Assembly (NCBI RefSeq): GCF_009914755.1
Contig: NC_060933.1
DNA from: the human T2T-CHM13v2.0 reference genome, Homo sapiens
DNA length: 64,000 nucleotides
Direction: 5' to 3' (one strand)
The first letter of the stretch is position 1, and the number at the start of each line of letters is the position of its first letter. The notes under the pieces were generated by a model, which saw only the letters and a list, made by a program, of their open reading frames with translations, was not told the DNA's origin and did no database searches. Both the position numbers and the translations under genes were made by a program. Below are positions 39,457 through 54,980 of this stretch, piece by piece.

Positions 39457-42074
39457 GTATTCTAGGTTGTGTGTTTTCCATAAAGAGCTAACATTTTCCA
39501 TTTTTAAAGAATGTTTTTATTTCTTCTAGACATCATTCCTCTTTCATTCTAAGAAAATGTTCTGTAAGTGTTTACAAATGATGGACAATACTAGAAACAG
39601 CCTCAAAGATTGTCTGGTCTAGGCACCTCAGTTAGAAAACAGAACAGTCTTAATAAGATTTTAAAAAAATTTTTCTTTGGTGGTACAGGCATTTTTGGTG
39701 GCAGGTATTTTTCCTTGGTAGTACATTTAGTAAGAAGTGCTACTGTGAAAACCCAGCTAGCTCTATGCCTGTATTTTGGGTTCCTTATGAAGTGGTGATG
39801 TGAGTTTTGTTATTTTTTTTTCTTGTCAATTAGATGGGATAAGTATGACCTAAAAATGATAAAGGGACAGCTCCATATTCTTTAGCATCAACAATGAAGG
39901 TTCTTCCCCAGAGATGTTCTTGGATCACATGTGGCTTATTCCCAACTGTGGCTCCTGTTGATTTGCACCCCAGACCAAGAATAGACAAGGGTAAATGTAT
40001 TGGCTATTTAAAAAATGGTCTTTCAGTTTATTTTCTAACCTCAAGATTATAGTATTTAGGATAAAACCTCATTACCCGAAGAGACTACAAAATGGCTTAA
40101 GATATGCTTAATTTTTTTTTTTCCTCTAAGAGTCCATATAGGCTAGGTTGGTAAGATAATTCTGCTCACAAAGCCATTTGGGGAGCTAGGAATTTTTCAT
40201 CTTATTGTGTCTTGGATGGAGAGTCATAGAATACTTAGACACTTTGTCAAAAGTCAGAAATAGTTTTAGGTGGATTATGCTGTGAGATAGATTGTGGTCT
40301 TTTTTTTCCTGAGGATATGGAGAGCTGGAGTGGTCAGAATACCCAGGTGCAGTTTAGGAATCCATGCATTTACAAAATGAGCTGTGAAGCTCTCTGGCTT
40401 TGGCAGTTGAGTTCTTTCAAGTACATTTCAATAAATTGAAATGAACCCTTGTTTGATGGTTCACAAAACCTGGATTTTAATGCTGACACGTTACCACTAA
40501 TTGTCAGGTGACCTTGGGGAAATCTCTTGACCCACAAGTCAAGAGATTTTCCCAAGGTCTAAACCAATAAGTGGCTTAGATCAGAATAATATTTTAAGAT
40601 TCCTTCCAGCTCTCATATTATAGATTTCCAGAGTCCTCTTTAGTTACCTCGATGGTGTTTTAATTTCAGATGGACATTTCAACTGGTCATTATAAGCTCC
40701 CTGTATATAAACTGAAATACTATGATTATTTCACTCTGTTTATTAAGGCGCAAAATGGAAGACTTTTCTTACTCTTCAGAATTGTTAGTAATACATTCTT
40801 GCATGTATATAATGCTTAAGAATTTTCCAGGTTCTTTCATATACCTTTTCTCCTGGCAGATATTATTCCTTTTATGTAGATAAGAGAATATTAGTTCAGG
40901 AGTTAATTGGCTTGTCCAGTTCACAATGAGTTGAATGATTGTTAGAAAGAACCCAGGGATTTGGGCTCCTAGTTCATTGCTTCTTCCATTGTAACATTTT
41001 ACCACCTCCTCCATTAGCCAATCGGTAGCCATCTCACTGTGGCCAACAGTGGCTTTTTTGTGGTGTAGAATATAAATTAAATAAGCTGTTATCTTGTTTG
41101 TGAATGTCCAATTCTTTTTCAAGATCTGAAGTGGCAAATGTTTTGGGAATTTTATCTTTCACTCAAAAGAGCCAGAGGCAGCAATGACCAAGGTAACACA
41201 AGGTGTAGTTTTGAGTCTCAGTCCTATCAATTTCAATCAATGAGTGGCCAAGGAAATGATCTAATTTGTACGCTCATCTGTACAAATGGGATTTAAGGCT
41301 GTGTAAACACATTATGAATTATTTTTTAATCATTCATTGATAAAATCTCCAAGAGAAGATCTGGCCTCTCAATTTGATGTGTCATTATGTAACAACCCAT
41401 GGTAGAAAAATGTGCACTTAGGTATTGTGAAGGCAGCTTAGGCTGGGTTCAGGCTTCTCTGTGATCACAGTGCATTTAGTCTGTTGGCAACAGATCTTTG
41501 ATTTCTTCCCTCTGATCACCTTATCCCAGGAACTGGGCATTGGGTAAGAACTTGGGATCCTCAGAAATTGAAAGCAGTCTTGGGTGATTCATCTACGGTT
41601 GGAATCAAGACCTGGGCAGTACCTTGTTTTGCAGACTGACCTAAGCCAATTTGGGTATGCTTTAATTAGTGGGTTTAGTTTGGTAGCAACAGGTAATTGC
41701 CAAAGCTTAGAAGTAACCTTTCTGCCAAGTTAATTGTTAAAATGAAGTTGATTCTCAGATCAAATTCTGCTATCCACTTATTAGCCCTCAGACAAAAGAA
41801 TTGTTCATGCCCTTTGTTCTGAAGCTTAAAGTATAGAGAGTGGAGATTTGTATCATGCTTACAAAACAGAGTGTGTGAACAATGTTTTTGTCTCTCATTT
41901 TCGCATTCACTTGTCTTGAATACCACTGTGGATTCCTTGAAAACCTGTTGATCAAGCAAAGCTAAGTTTATAAGACCCACTTCAGTAAGGGAGAGCAGCT
42001 CTTTGCCAGTTCTCAGAAGGGATGAGCCAAGGAGAGAATATTTACAGGGTTTTAGAGCCCCTGCTGGATGATTG

Positions 42075-42206
42075 TTTTTTTTGAGACAGGGTCTCACTCT
42101 GTCATCCAGGCTCCTGAGTGAAGTGGCACCGTCGCAGCTCACTGCAGCCTTGATCTCCCTGGCTCAGGTGATCCTCCCACCTCAGCCTCAGCCTCCTGAG
42201 TAGCCG
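42075..42206 (-). mobile_element. Partial AluJ (right arm)
   Basis: GAGACAGGGTCTCACTCTGTC...CTCAGCCTCCTGAGTAGC then breaks off. Confidence 0.8.
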
Positions 42207-42611
42207 ATGTTGAAAAGGTAGTAATTAGTTTGGTCAATATCGCTAGTCACTAGGGAAATGAAAATCAAAACCACAATATCAAAACATCATGTAATATACC
42301 TTTAATATAAACAATTAAACATGAGAACCCGTTTTTAACATCCATTATGCTAATTAAACAAGGTAATAATTTCATCAATGGCATCTCATTTTCATATTCA
42401 CTCTGCTAATTTAGCAAAATCAGTTGGGTGTTGTTGGGAGATAAAGATAAGGGAAGCAAGCTTTTGGAGTTTGGCCTTTCTCATAAATGCTAGCTGACCA
42501 TCCTGGAATATGAATTCTTTACTATTCTTGGGTGTAGCTTGGACCAACCAATGTATACATACATAATATCACATTGCCAGTGCTAAAGTGCATTATAGAC
42601 TATTTTGTGAT

Positions 42612-42658
42612 TTAAAAGTAATGGCAAAAACCGCAATTAATTTTGCACCAAATCTAAT
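42612..42658. mobile_element. MADE1 (Hsmar1 MITE) half element
   Basis: AAAGTAATGGCAAAAACCGCAATTAATTTTGCACCAA. Confidence 0.75.
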
Positions 42659-43189
42659 AGTAGTACATATGTATTTGGGTTGCTAAAGGAAGCCCTCTGA
42701 CCAGTCCTGCATCCAGGTTGTCTGAGCCCAACAGACTACAGTGATCAATTTCTGAATATGACTATGAGAAAATTCTCAAATTATTAATGATTTGGGGCAA
42801 GAGGGGAGACCATTTTGAATTGGGGAACATCTTAAAATTCATGTGTTGTCATGAAATGTTGCAGAATAATGTGTATGGTCCTATCTGTGTGTGTGCGTGT
42901 GTGGTGTGTATGTTAAAAAACACCAAGTGATCATACCTGTATGTTTGTAGTTACATGGAAAATTTCTGAAAAGATGTAGAAGAAACTGTTTACAGTGGAC
43001 CCCTCTGTGGAGTGAAATGGGAATGGGAAGGAGGAAGACTTTCTTGCTCTCCAATTTGTATTTGGAGGGAACAGTGCTGTATTGTGTGAAGAGGAGACTT
43101 TTAGTTTAGTTATCTTTTGTTTGATTTTTCGCCACCCTGTACCTGCAATGTCTGAATTCCCTTTTTGGAGTTGGTGTCTCTGCCTTTGT

Positions 43190-43605
43190 GTGTGTCTTGG
43201 TGAGCAGTGGGGCCCTGCCTCTGGCAATGAAGCTTCTGAGGCCACGTGCTTATGTTTCTGAATGCTAGCAGCCAGCCTGTGAGCCCGTGACCTCTACCCC
43301 CTGGAGCTCTAGCCCAGGACTCTGAATCTGGAGCTGTGGATGCACTGTAGCCCTGGGGCCACTTGGAACTTATTGGGCAAAGGAGGCAGCTTGTGTCCAA
43401 GGCTGACAACAAGGGACCTGGTTTTCCTGTGGCATGACCTTGCTAGAAGTGCCAGCTCCCGGGTTCTTTGGCTCCTTCCTGGGTTCCGGAGCCTCGTTCT
43501 TGTGGATTCTGTGAGCTACCTGATAGTCTTGCAAGAAATTCCTTTTCTTCTTAAATAGCCTGAGTTGGTTTCTCTTGTTCCTAACATAATCAAGAACTCT
43601 GAATG
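43190..43605 (+). mobile_element. ERVL LTR (LTR33/LTR16-like)
   Basis: 3' end AAATTCCTTTTCTTCTTAAATAGCCTGAGTTGGTTTCT...CAAGAACTCTGA. Confidence 0.5.
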
Positions 43606-44221
43606 CTTAAGACCATGATTTTTCTTCTATGAATATTACTTTTATAATAATTAAAAATAGTTCAAACTAAATAGATTCATTTTAAAACATTTGGACACTT
43701 ATGGTAACTCAGTTGAAAAACAAGAAATCCAGTGGGCATGCAAAGTAGATGGATTGGTGGTAAGCTCAGCATTGGTGGGAAGTGTCAGGTGAAGGAGGCT
43801 GGGTCGGGGTGTCAGGGCTTGGGTGATGGTAGAATTGGGTATAATGAGCTGTAATGTCTCAACGGTGATACCAAAGAGTTTCCTGGTAAAGCTCTTTTGT
43901 GAAGAGAAAATAATGATCTCTAAATGGACATTATGTGTTAGCAGGCATCCTGCACATTGATGGAGAAGAAAGAGTATAGATTTGGGTCAGACCCAGATTT
44001 GACCTGGGTACTGTACTTAGTTGTATAATTTGGCATAATACTTTACCTCTCTGAGACTGTTTCTCTTTTATTTCATATTTATAGTTATATATCTAAATAT
44101 ATTATCTATCCATCTACCTATATCTCAAACACACCACAGTGATATTTTATAATTTAGTAAGTGCCTTTTAAGAGGGAAAATATTTTTTATTAAAAAAATG
44201 GGAGCTCATTAGCCTTCTTAC

Positions 44222-44908
<687 letters not shown>

Positions 44909-45354
44909 AGAAATAACATTTTAAACATTTTCTGGTTTTAGCATTCTTGGTGGTTGTCCTACCTTGTTAAAAGTGAGGAATTTGCCACACGTATGTTAAC
45001 CTGTTTCCCTCCTTTCTTGTTTTTTAAAAAGTTATTTTTGTTACTTCTATTGATGACTTTATTGTTGTAGATAATATTGTAAGCTTCTGTTTCTTAATTT
45101 CTGAACTTTGGATAGTATCTTTTGACCCTCTTTTATATAAGATAAAGAAATTATGACTTTTTTTACTTCTTTCCCTGCTTTCCCAGTTTTTGATAGTGAT
45201 ATTTTACTTTTATGTTGTCAGTGTCTTAACATTTACATTTTGCTCTTAAGCTATATTATATCATTCAGACTTTGCCTATAAATTGTTTCTCAGACAATGA
45301 AAACCGCTAATGGCATTTATTAGATTCTTTATTTCCAGATTCACCTGAGGCCTT

Positions 45355-46456
45355 GGTATAAGGGATGCCAACATTCCAGTGTCTGTGTTAGACTATCTAA
45401 GCAGGACTTGCAAAGCTGCTGGGTGAAAACCAGTTTTGCAACCCTTAGCTGATCTCCATCTCCCAGTCTAGAAAAAGATTAGGGATTAAAGAGACAAATG
45501 TTTTGGAGAAAGTTACTGAATTGCTGTGGCATTTTGAGTTCCACCTTCTCATGGGGAAAAGGGGAAGTATTTAAAGATAAGCAATTGGAGAATATGATAG
45601 ATTCTTTGGTGTCTGACGGGACCGTTGTCGGCCACACCTAGGGATTCTAAAGGACGGATTGGAGCACCCTGTGGCCTCAGAGTTAAAGCCTGCAGTTGGA
45701 AATAATTCTATGTTCATAGACTAAGCACAACACGAATATACTTCTAGCTGACCAGATGGGCCTCCCAGGAAATAGCAGGCATGGGGTGAGCTCACATCCT
45801 GCCCAGAGAGGCCATAGGAAGTGAGCAGACCACAGCAGAAGGAGGCTGGGCCTGGACTCCTGGATGCTCAGGCTAAGGGAGCTGGAAGCTCAGCAGTAGG
45901 TATCTCTGAGGAGCCAATGGAAGCTCCATTCTGGAGAGAATCCCCTGTAAACACTTGCCAAGTCCCAACATAACAGGCAGATGAACTCTCCCTGCCCGTT
46001 ACCTTCCCTACCAACATGGCTGTGGCCTTCCCCACACCCCCTTCTATCAAACCCAACTGTGTTGTAGGGGGAGCAGTAGACCCACACGAAAAAAGGGAAA
46101 CAGAGCAGATTGAGGCCATTCCCTTGCCTTCCCACGGCAGGCTTGCTCCCTGCCTAGAGTAATAAGCCTGGTGGCAGAGAGAGAAGCTTACATTCAAATG
46201 AAGTTCCAAGTTTTGACTGGGACACAGCCTTGGACATCGTAATTACTGAAATGAGTTGTTTTGTGACTTGAAGTGACTGGAGGACTTTTTGTACCTGATA
46301 TTGATCAGACAAGTCATGGTCCTGGACTCAAATTTCATCTTAAACAATCAGGAATAATGAGCCCTACAGAGTGGCCTTGAACAACATTGCAGCAAGGAAA
46401 GAAAGTGGTTTTCTGTTGACCTCCCTAAGCTCTGCTTGTTCAAGGGACCAGCTACA
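45355..46456 (+). mobile_element. Probable ancient ~1.1-kb LTR inside old L1 sequence (family uncertain)
   Basis: Compositionally distinct TG...CA block between T-rich L1-like flanks; by eye only. Confidence 0.35.
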
Positions 46457-46749
46457 TTATTTACTACAACACCAGGAAGAATGATTGATATTAAAGAGAA
46501 GGAAATGTAATTCCATGTTATTCAAAGGAAGACTGTTTCCTTTGCCAAGTCAAATGCATTATTTTTTCTTATTCTCTAGTACGTGCTTGGTATCATGCCA
46601 CATTCTAGTTTGCTTCATGTTTGGACCATGACTTTGATGTATATGTTTATATTTTTCTGAGATGTTCTAAATGATTCTTTTCTTTCTTTCTTTTTGTTGA
46701 CAAAAAGGCACCTAATCTCAGAGATCATCTAGCTGCTGCTTCTTTCTGT

Positions 46750-47064
<315 letters not shown>

Positions 47065-47475
47065 TGAGATGTAGTTGACACACCAAAAAATTCACACATT
47101 TAAAGTATACAATTCAATGGATTTTTAGCCTATTCCCAGATCTATGTAAACTTCACTACTATCAATTATGGAATATTTTCATCAGCCTCCAAAAAAATCC
47201 TGTACCCATTAGAAGTCACTCCTGATTTCCTCTCAATACCTTCAGCCTCAGGAAACCACTAATGTACTTTTTGTCTTCATAGATTTGCCCATTCTGGATA
47301 TTTCAAATAAATGGAATCATACAGTATGTGATCCTTTGTAATTGACTTCTTCCAGTTAGCATATTTTTTAGCTTAATATTTTTAAGGTTCACCCATGTTA
47401 TAGTATCTGTCAGTACTTGTCCCTTTTTTATTGCTGAATTGTATTCCATTATATGGATATATCACATTTTATTTA

Positions 47476-47840
<365 letters not shown>

Positions 47841-48255
47841 GGAATAATGCTGCTATGAACATTAGTGTACAATTTTTTTGTGGATATGTTTTCATTTCTC
47901 TTGGGTACATGTCTAGGAGTGGAATTGCTGATTCATGTGGTAACTACATGTTTAACGTTTTGAGAAATTGCTAAACTGTTTTCAAAGTGGCTATATCATT
48001 TTATATTTCCACCAGCAGTGTTTGAAGGTTCTAGTTTCTCCACGGTTTTGCCAACACTGATCGTCTGTTTTTTTGATTGTAGCCATTCTTTGGGGTGTGA
48101 CGTGGCATCTCATTGTGATTTTGATTTGATGTTCAACATCTTTTTATGTGTGTATTGGCCATTTGTACATCATCTTTGGAGAAATGTCTATTCAGATCCA
48201 TTGCCCATTTAAAAATTGGTTACTTGTCTTTTTATTATGAGTCCCTTATCAGATA

Positions 48256-48614
48256 CAGAGGCTCCCCACTTACAATGTGGGTTATGTCCAGATAAACTCA
48301 TCATAAATTGAAAATATTGTAAGTGAAAAATGTATTTAACACACCTCGAGCATCATAGCTTAGTCAAGCTTACTTTAAAAAAACTCAGAACATGTACATT
48401 AGCCAACAATTGGGCAAAGTCATCTAACACAAAGCCTATTTTATAATAAAGTATTACATATCTCATGTAACTTATTGAATACTGTACTGAATATGAAAAA
48501 TGGAGTAGTTTAATGGGTATTTGAAGTACAGTTTCTATTGAATGCATATGGCTTTCACACTATTTTAAAGGCAAAAGATTATAGGGTGAACCATTGTTAA
48601 GCTGGGGACTGTCG
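48256..48614 (+). mobile_element. MER47A (Tigger-family MITE)
   Basis: GGGCAAAGTCATCTAACACAAAGCCTATTTTATAATAAAG; TA flanks. Confidence 0.75.
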
Positions 48615-50008
48615 TATATGATTTGCAAACATTTTCTTTGATTCTCTGTGTTGTCTTTTTACTTTCTTGATGATGCCCTTTGAAGCACAAAAGTTTACAA
48701 TTTTGAAGTTCAGTTCATCTATTTTTAATTTTGTAGCTTACACTGTTGTATTTAAGAAGGGCTTTGTCTAACCCAAGGTCATGAACGCTTACTCCTATAA
48801 TTTTTTTCTAAGATTTTTATTATTTTAGCTGTTTTGCTTAGGTCTTTCATTTTTTTGAGTTAATTTTTGCATATGGTGTGAGGCAGGGGTCCAGGTTTAT
48901 TCTTTTGCATGTGGATATACAGTTGCCCCAGCACCATTTGTTAGAAAGACTCTTCTTTCCCCTTTGAATTATCTTGATACGTTTGTTGAAAATAAGTTGA
49001 TCCTAAGTGTGAGGTTTATGTATCTGGCTTCTTGATCATATTCTTTTTGCTAGTTGTTCCACTTTCCCTTTTGGATGTTTCTTGTTAAGACCACTCACTT
49101 CCTGTTCTAGTCTGGACTTAATTGTTTTCTGGCCTGTTGCACAGATGTCATCTGAATATTTCTTTTCATTGTATTCTTAAATTAAATCCATTTTTTCTTA
49201 GGTCTCATGCATTCTTTTTCTTTGAGTTCTTTTTTCATTTGCCAGAGAACATTCTCAAGTAATAATTTTCAGAAAGAATTGAGGGAAGACAGCTCTCTCA
49301 GGGTTTGAATACCTTGATGTATCTTTGTTCTCACCCTCTCACTTGAATAATAGGCTGGATATAGAATCCTGGGTTCAAAATAATTTTTCTTCCAAAAAAT
49401 GAAGTCATTGCTTGATGCCTTTTGTCACAGATGAGAATCTTGATGCTGATCTGATTCTTGTTCCTTTCTAGAAAACCTTTTTCTTTTTCTATTTGGAAGC
49501 TTTTAAGATCTTTTCTTTTCCTTGAAAATCAATAAAATTTGATTTTCAAAAAGATAAAATAATGAGTCTCAGGCAAATATAAAATGAACATGAGTGATTA
49601 ACGAGGGAGCACTTGTTCAAAGAGCATTTGAGAAGCTAAGCATTTATTGGTAATCTTAGAAGAAGATTGCTGGGATAGACACAAAACTGATTAATGTACT
49701 CCAAAGCCATGAACTGTAACTTCTGAAGTTCCAATTGAACAGAACCTTATTTTCATCTCTACTGAAATAACATCTACAACTTAAACTCTGTTCCTACAGA
49801 TGTAAAGTAGCCATTTTAAAAAATAGATTACCCAGTAATCTCTTCTGCCTATTTTCAAGTTTCAGATAATTTTTCTGAGTCTTCTGAAGTTACATGAAGT
49901 TATGTCTAGGTGGAGTCTTTTCTCCTTCATCCTTTTGAGTATTTAGTGAGCTTTTGTGATTTGAATATGTGTGCCTTTCTTCAACACTGAGAAATTTTCT
50001 TATTTCCT

Positions 50009-50040
<32 letters not shown>

Positions 50041-50335
50041 GTGATTATTATTTTGAGACCAAGTTTCACTCTGTCCCCCAGGCTAGAGTATAGTGGCATG
50101 ATCTCGGCTCTCTACAACCTCCGCCTCGCGGGTTCAAGTGATTCTCTTGCCTCAGCCTTTGGAGTAGCTGGGACTACAGACATGCACCAACACACTCAGC
50201 TAATTTTTGTATTTTTAGTAGAGATGGTGTTTCACCATGTTGGCCAGGCTGGTCTCAAACTCCTGACCTCAAGTCATCCATCCGCCTCGGCCGCCAAAGT
50301 GCTGGGATTACAAACATGAGCCACCGCACCCAGCC
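50009..50335 (-). mobile_element. AluS whose tail carries a (TGA)10 microsatellite (50009-50038)
   Basis: TCCTTGAT on both flanks. Confidence 0.9.
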
Positions 50336-50739
50336 TCCTTGATTATTTTCTTCCCTCCATTTGCTCTGTTCTTTCCTTGTAGAACATCTACAAATCAGAT
50401 GTTGAACCTCTTGGACTGAACCTCTTTGTTTCTTAACTGTTCAAAGTTTCACATTTCTGTTTATTTGTCTTTTTAATGTATTTTCTTAATTTTTACTCTT
50501 GCCATTCTATTGAAGTGTTTGACAATTATATTTTTTAATGTTCAAGAACACTTTTTTGATCTCTGATTTATTCTTTTGCTTAGCAGCTGTTCTTGTGTTA
50601 TTATGCCATATTTTCTATTTGAAGATACATATTACATATATTTAACATTTTTCTTTTCTATTCTCTGAGTAATCTGTTTTCTTTTTTGGGGTCAGTGATT
50701 CCGATTGACATCTAGGTCCTTCTTTTTTGTATTGTTAGA

Positions 50740-51038
50740 TTTTTTTCTTTTTTTGAGACAGAGTCTTTCTCTGTTGCCCAGGCTGGAGTGCAGTGGCGCC
50801 ATCTCAGCTCACTGCAACCTCTCCACCTCCCAGGTTCAAGCAATTCTCCTGCCTCAGCCTCCCAAGTAGCTGGGATTATAGGCTTGGGCCACCACACCCG
50901 GCTGATTTTTGTATTTTTAGTAGAACCTGAGTTTCTCCATGTTGGCCAGGCTGGTCTCGAACTCCTAACCTCAGGTGATCCACCCACCTCAGCCTCTCAA
51001 AATGCTGGGATTACAAGCGTGAGCCACTGCACCCAGCC
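50740..51038 (-). mobile_element. AluSx-like
   Basis: TTGTTAGATTTTT on both flanks. Confidence 0.9.
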
Positions 51039-51169
51039 ATGTTGTTAGATTTTTGAATGTCTGTTGATCCTTGATCATTCATTCTAGTCATAACTAAAGG
51101 CTAGATTGGTAATATTTATAATAATATTTGCAATAATAACATAACTGAGATGCATGTACTAATCGACTA

Positions 51170-51320
51170 ATCACATGAGGTGTTATTAGTATCCTCATTC
51201 TGAGGAAACCAAGACACAGAGAGGTTAAATGATTTGCCCAAGGTCACATAGCTAGAAGTGGCAGAGCTGGGCTGCAGTTCCAGAAGGTCTGTCTCTAGAG
51301 TCTTTCTTCTTAATCACTAC
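51170..51320 (-). mobile_element. MIR
   Basis: GAGGAAACCAAGACACAGAGAGGTTAAATGATTTGCCCAAGGTCACATAGCTAG. Confidence 0.8.
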
Positions 51321-51471
51321 CTGGTTCCACAGCAAGCTTGTTTGTCAGGGCCAGCTAGCTGTCTGAGAGCTCTGTGCAGCTTAATGGACCATAGTGATTG
51401 ATAGGCTTCATTTTAGTGTGTGCTTGAGAGAAACAAGCCTATGACCCCCAATATGCCAAAAAGAAGAAGAC

Positions 51472-51770
51472 AAGGCTGGATGTGGTGGCCCATGCTTGTA
51501 ATCCTAGTACTTTGTAAGGCCAAGATGGGAGCATCAGTTGGGGCCAGGACTTTGAAACCAGCCTGGACAAAAGAGCTAGACCCCCATCTCTACAAAAACT
51601 TAAAAAATTAGCTGGTCATAGTGACACATGCATGTAGTCTCAGCTACTTAGGAGGCTGAGGCAGGAGGATCACTTGAGCCCAGGAAACTGAGGCTGCAGT
51701 GAGCCATGATCGCACCACTACAGTCCAGTCTGGATGACAGAGTGACACCCTACCTCTAAGAAAAATAAAA
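51472..51770 (+). mobile_element. AluJ
   Basis: Diverged dimeric Alu; AGAAGAAGA flanks. Confidence 0.85.
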
Positions 51771-52874
51771 GTAGAAGAAGATAACACTGCACCGGGACTC
51801 CTGCACCCCAAGGCAGATTATTTCACTCTCTCAGAATGAAGTTCACTAGTACTCGCTGGTGGACAAATGCTTGTACTGTCTATTACTTCTGCATCTTTGA
51901 AAGTCTCTTCAATCTTTTTTCAATGTTTTATTATGAGAATTCTCAATAGAAAAGTTGAGCAAATAGCACAATTAACTCTGATGTGCCCTTCACTTGAATT
52001 CCAAAGCCATTAACATTTTGCCACATTTGCTGTCTCTACATAAATAGATATTCTATATTCAACTATTCAAAGTTGCAGATTTCATGGTGATTCACCCCTA
52101 TATGCTGTAGGAAGCACCTTCTAAAGTTAAAACGTTCTTCTGCATCACCATAATAACATGATCATGCTTAAGAAAATTTTCTAATAATCTTCCTAATGAA
52201 TTTCCTAGTGTCATCTAATATTCAGCCTATGTTTAAATTTCCCCACTTGGTTCACAATCTTCAAATAACTTTTCTTAATCAAAACCTTTGTAACTGAAGT
52301 ATGATTTGTGCACATTTCTGTATGTATAATGTGCAAAAAAGTCCAGGATTCTATCAAGGTTCGCTTATGGCATTTAATTAGTCTGTCTCTTTAGTCTTTT
52401 GTGTTCTAGAATACTCTTCTTCTTCCTTTTTGTAGGAATTGACTTAGCGAAGAGATGACTCCAATTGGCTTATATGTTATTGTTGTTCTTCTTTTTCTTC
52501 TTTGATATGAAAAATTTCAAATATACCCTGAAGTTGAGAGAAATACAAAACCCTCCATGTACCCATTGCCCAGCTACAACAATCAACACACGTCCAGACT
52601 TGTCTCATCTGGACCCCTATTTCCCTTCTCTTTTGCCATTGGATTATTTTGAAATAAATTTCAGCCTTGACAATAGTTAATCCTTAAATATTTTAGTATA
52701 TATTTATAAAAGATACATAATTTGTCAGGCTCATCAAGTATCTAGGCATTGTCTTACGTATTTTTTTTATAATTGGTTTGTTTTAATTTGACCCACATTG
52801 CACTTAGCTGATATGTCTCTTAAGTTTCTTTTAATCAGTAAGTCCCTCTTTCTCTTGTTTGCCCTATTGCAACA

Positions 52875-53222
<348 letters not shown>

Positions 53223-54194
53223 TGAGTTACATTGCATCCCCATGGTGCTGTTCAATATATTTATCTGTCCCCTTTATTTCCAGTAACTGGTAGTTAAATC
53301 TAGAGGCTTGATCTGATTCAGGTTTGGTTCTGGGGTCAGAACACTTCACCAGTGGTGGTAGGTATTTCCAACAGGAAGCACACATTGTTCAGTTGTCTCT
53401 CTTTTTGTGATATTGGCAGTCAATGATGACACTTCCTTAGATCACTTGGATAACTTGAATCTTTTATGTTAAAAAATGTCAATAAATAACAATTACAATC
53501 AGGAGTCTTTAAACCATTGATCCCCACACCATATCCATTAAACCGTTCCCTCCTTTGAGATATTAGATTGGTATCCTTGGAAAAGGGGGTCCTTATATAA
53601 ATTCAAGTAGTGCCATATACTGTGATGAATTATTACAATGTAAATACTCCCATGCAGCCTCGCTTTAAAAAAAAATCCAGGATGTTATCAAGGTTCACTT
53701 ATGGCATTTCATTATGATAATTTAGTTTACTGTAAAATTTTAATGGCTCTTAGAAGTGCTAATTGTTTAACTTTGTTTAACTTAAGGTTTCTCAAATTTA
53801 TCTCACTTCACACCTCTTTCTCCACAGACTACCTATTAAGCCCTCCCAGAAAAGTAATCAATGGAAAGTTATTTGGAAAACATCTTAAATCATTTGTTCG
53901 GTCACTCAGTAAACATTTTTTGAGCACCTGCTTTGTGTCAGGCATTGTATCAGACACATATATAGAAATGGACTCTCAAGCTTTATTGGTTCTTTACTTG
54001 TCTGGTGTTAGAATATTTCAAATGTCACAGGGAGAGAAATACCTGACTTAGCAGATTATAGTGATCTGATCACTGGGGCATACAGTATCTCAAAGTAGGC
54101 AATATCCCTGTCTACAAAGAGTCATATAGTCTGGCTTTCATTCCACTGCTCAGTCAGGAGTTGAAGAGGGGAGAGAAAGGGTCAGGCACTCCAA

Positions 54195-54530
54195 TTATCC
54201 ATGACTGACTGCATAACAAACCACCCCAAAACCTAATGGTTTCAAACCACAACTTATCATTGTCTCTTATGGTTTTGTGAATCGACAGGATTCCTGTTTG
54301 GCGTCTCTCATGTGATTGCAGTTAGATGGCAGCCAGGTTGGGAATCATCCGGAGGTTTGACTGCCCCGGACCTCCGTGATGGCTCTTTCACATGACTGGC
54401 AAGTGATACTGGCTGTTGCCTGGGAGCTCAGCTAGGGCTGGTGACGAGAGCGTGAACATGCGACCTCCTCATGTAACATGGTGGCTGGTTTCTGAGATGG
54501 AGTGTTTCAAGTGAGTAGTGTTCCAGGAGG
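54195..54530 (-). mobile_element. MLT1-type LTR fragment
   Basis: GCATAACAAACCACCCCAAAAC...CACATGACTGGCAAGTGATACTGGCTGTTG..TGGGAGCTCAGCT. Confidence 0.65.
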
Positions 54531-54549
54531 CCTACTTTTTTGTGGTGTG

Positions 54550-54980
54550 CAATTTTTTGTTGTGGTAAAACATATATAACATAACATAAAACTTACCATT
54601 TTAAACATTTTAAAGTGTACAATTCAGTGGCATTTTAAAGTGTACGTTTAGTGGCATTAAGCGTGTTCACAGTATTGTGCTGCACCACTGTCCATCTCCA
54701 GAACTTTTTCATCATCCCAAGTAGAAACTATATCCATTAAACAACAACGCCCCATTTCCTTCTCCCCTGAAGTCCGTGGCAACCACTATTCTACTTTCTG
54801 TCTCTATGACTGTGCCTATTCTAGGTATCGCATATAAGTAAGTGGAATCATACAATATTCGTCCTTTTGTGTCTGGCTTATTTCACTTAGCAAAATGTTT
54901 TCAAGGTCTATCCATGCTGTTGGAGCATGTGTTAGAACTTTATTCCTTTTCATGGCTGAATGAGATTCCATGGTATGTAC
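54550..54980 (-). mobile_element. L1MB 3' end
   Basis: GGCAACCACTATTCTACTTTCTGTCTCTATG...GGAATCATACAATATT. Confidence 0.8.

Noticed and set aside
39086-39501. His/Thr- and Cys/Val-rich ORFs
   Set aside because: Translations of the TG/CA array.
49890-50319. Poly-Met and poly-Ile ORFs
   Set aside because: (TGA)n microsatellite plus Alu translation.
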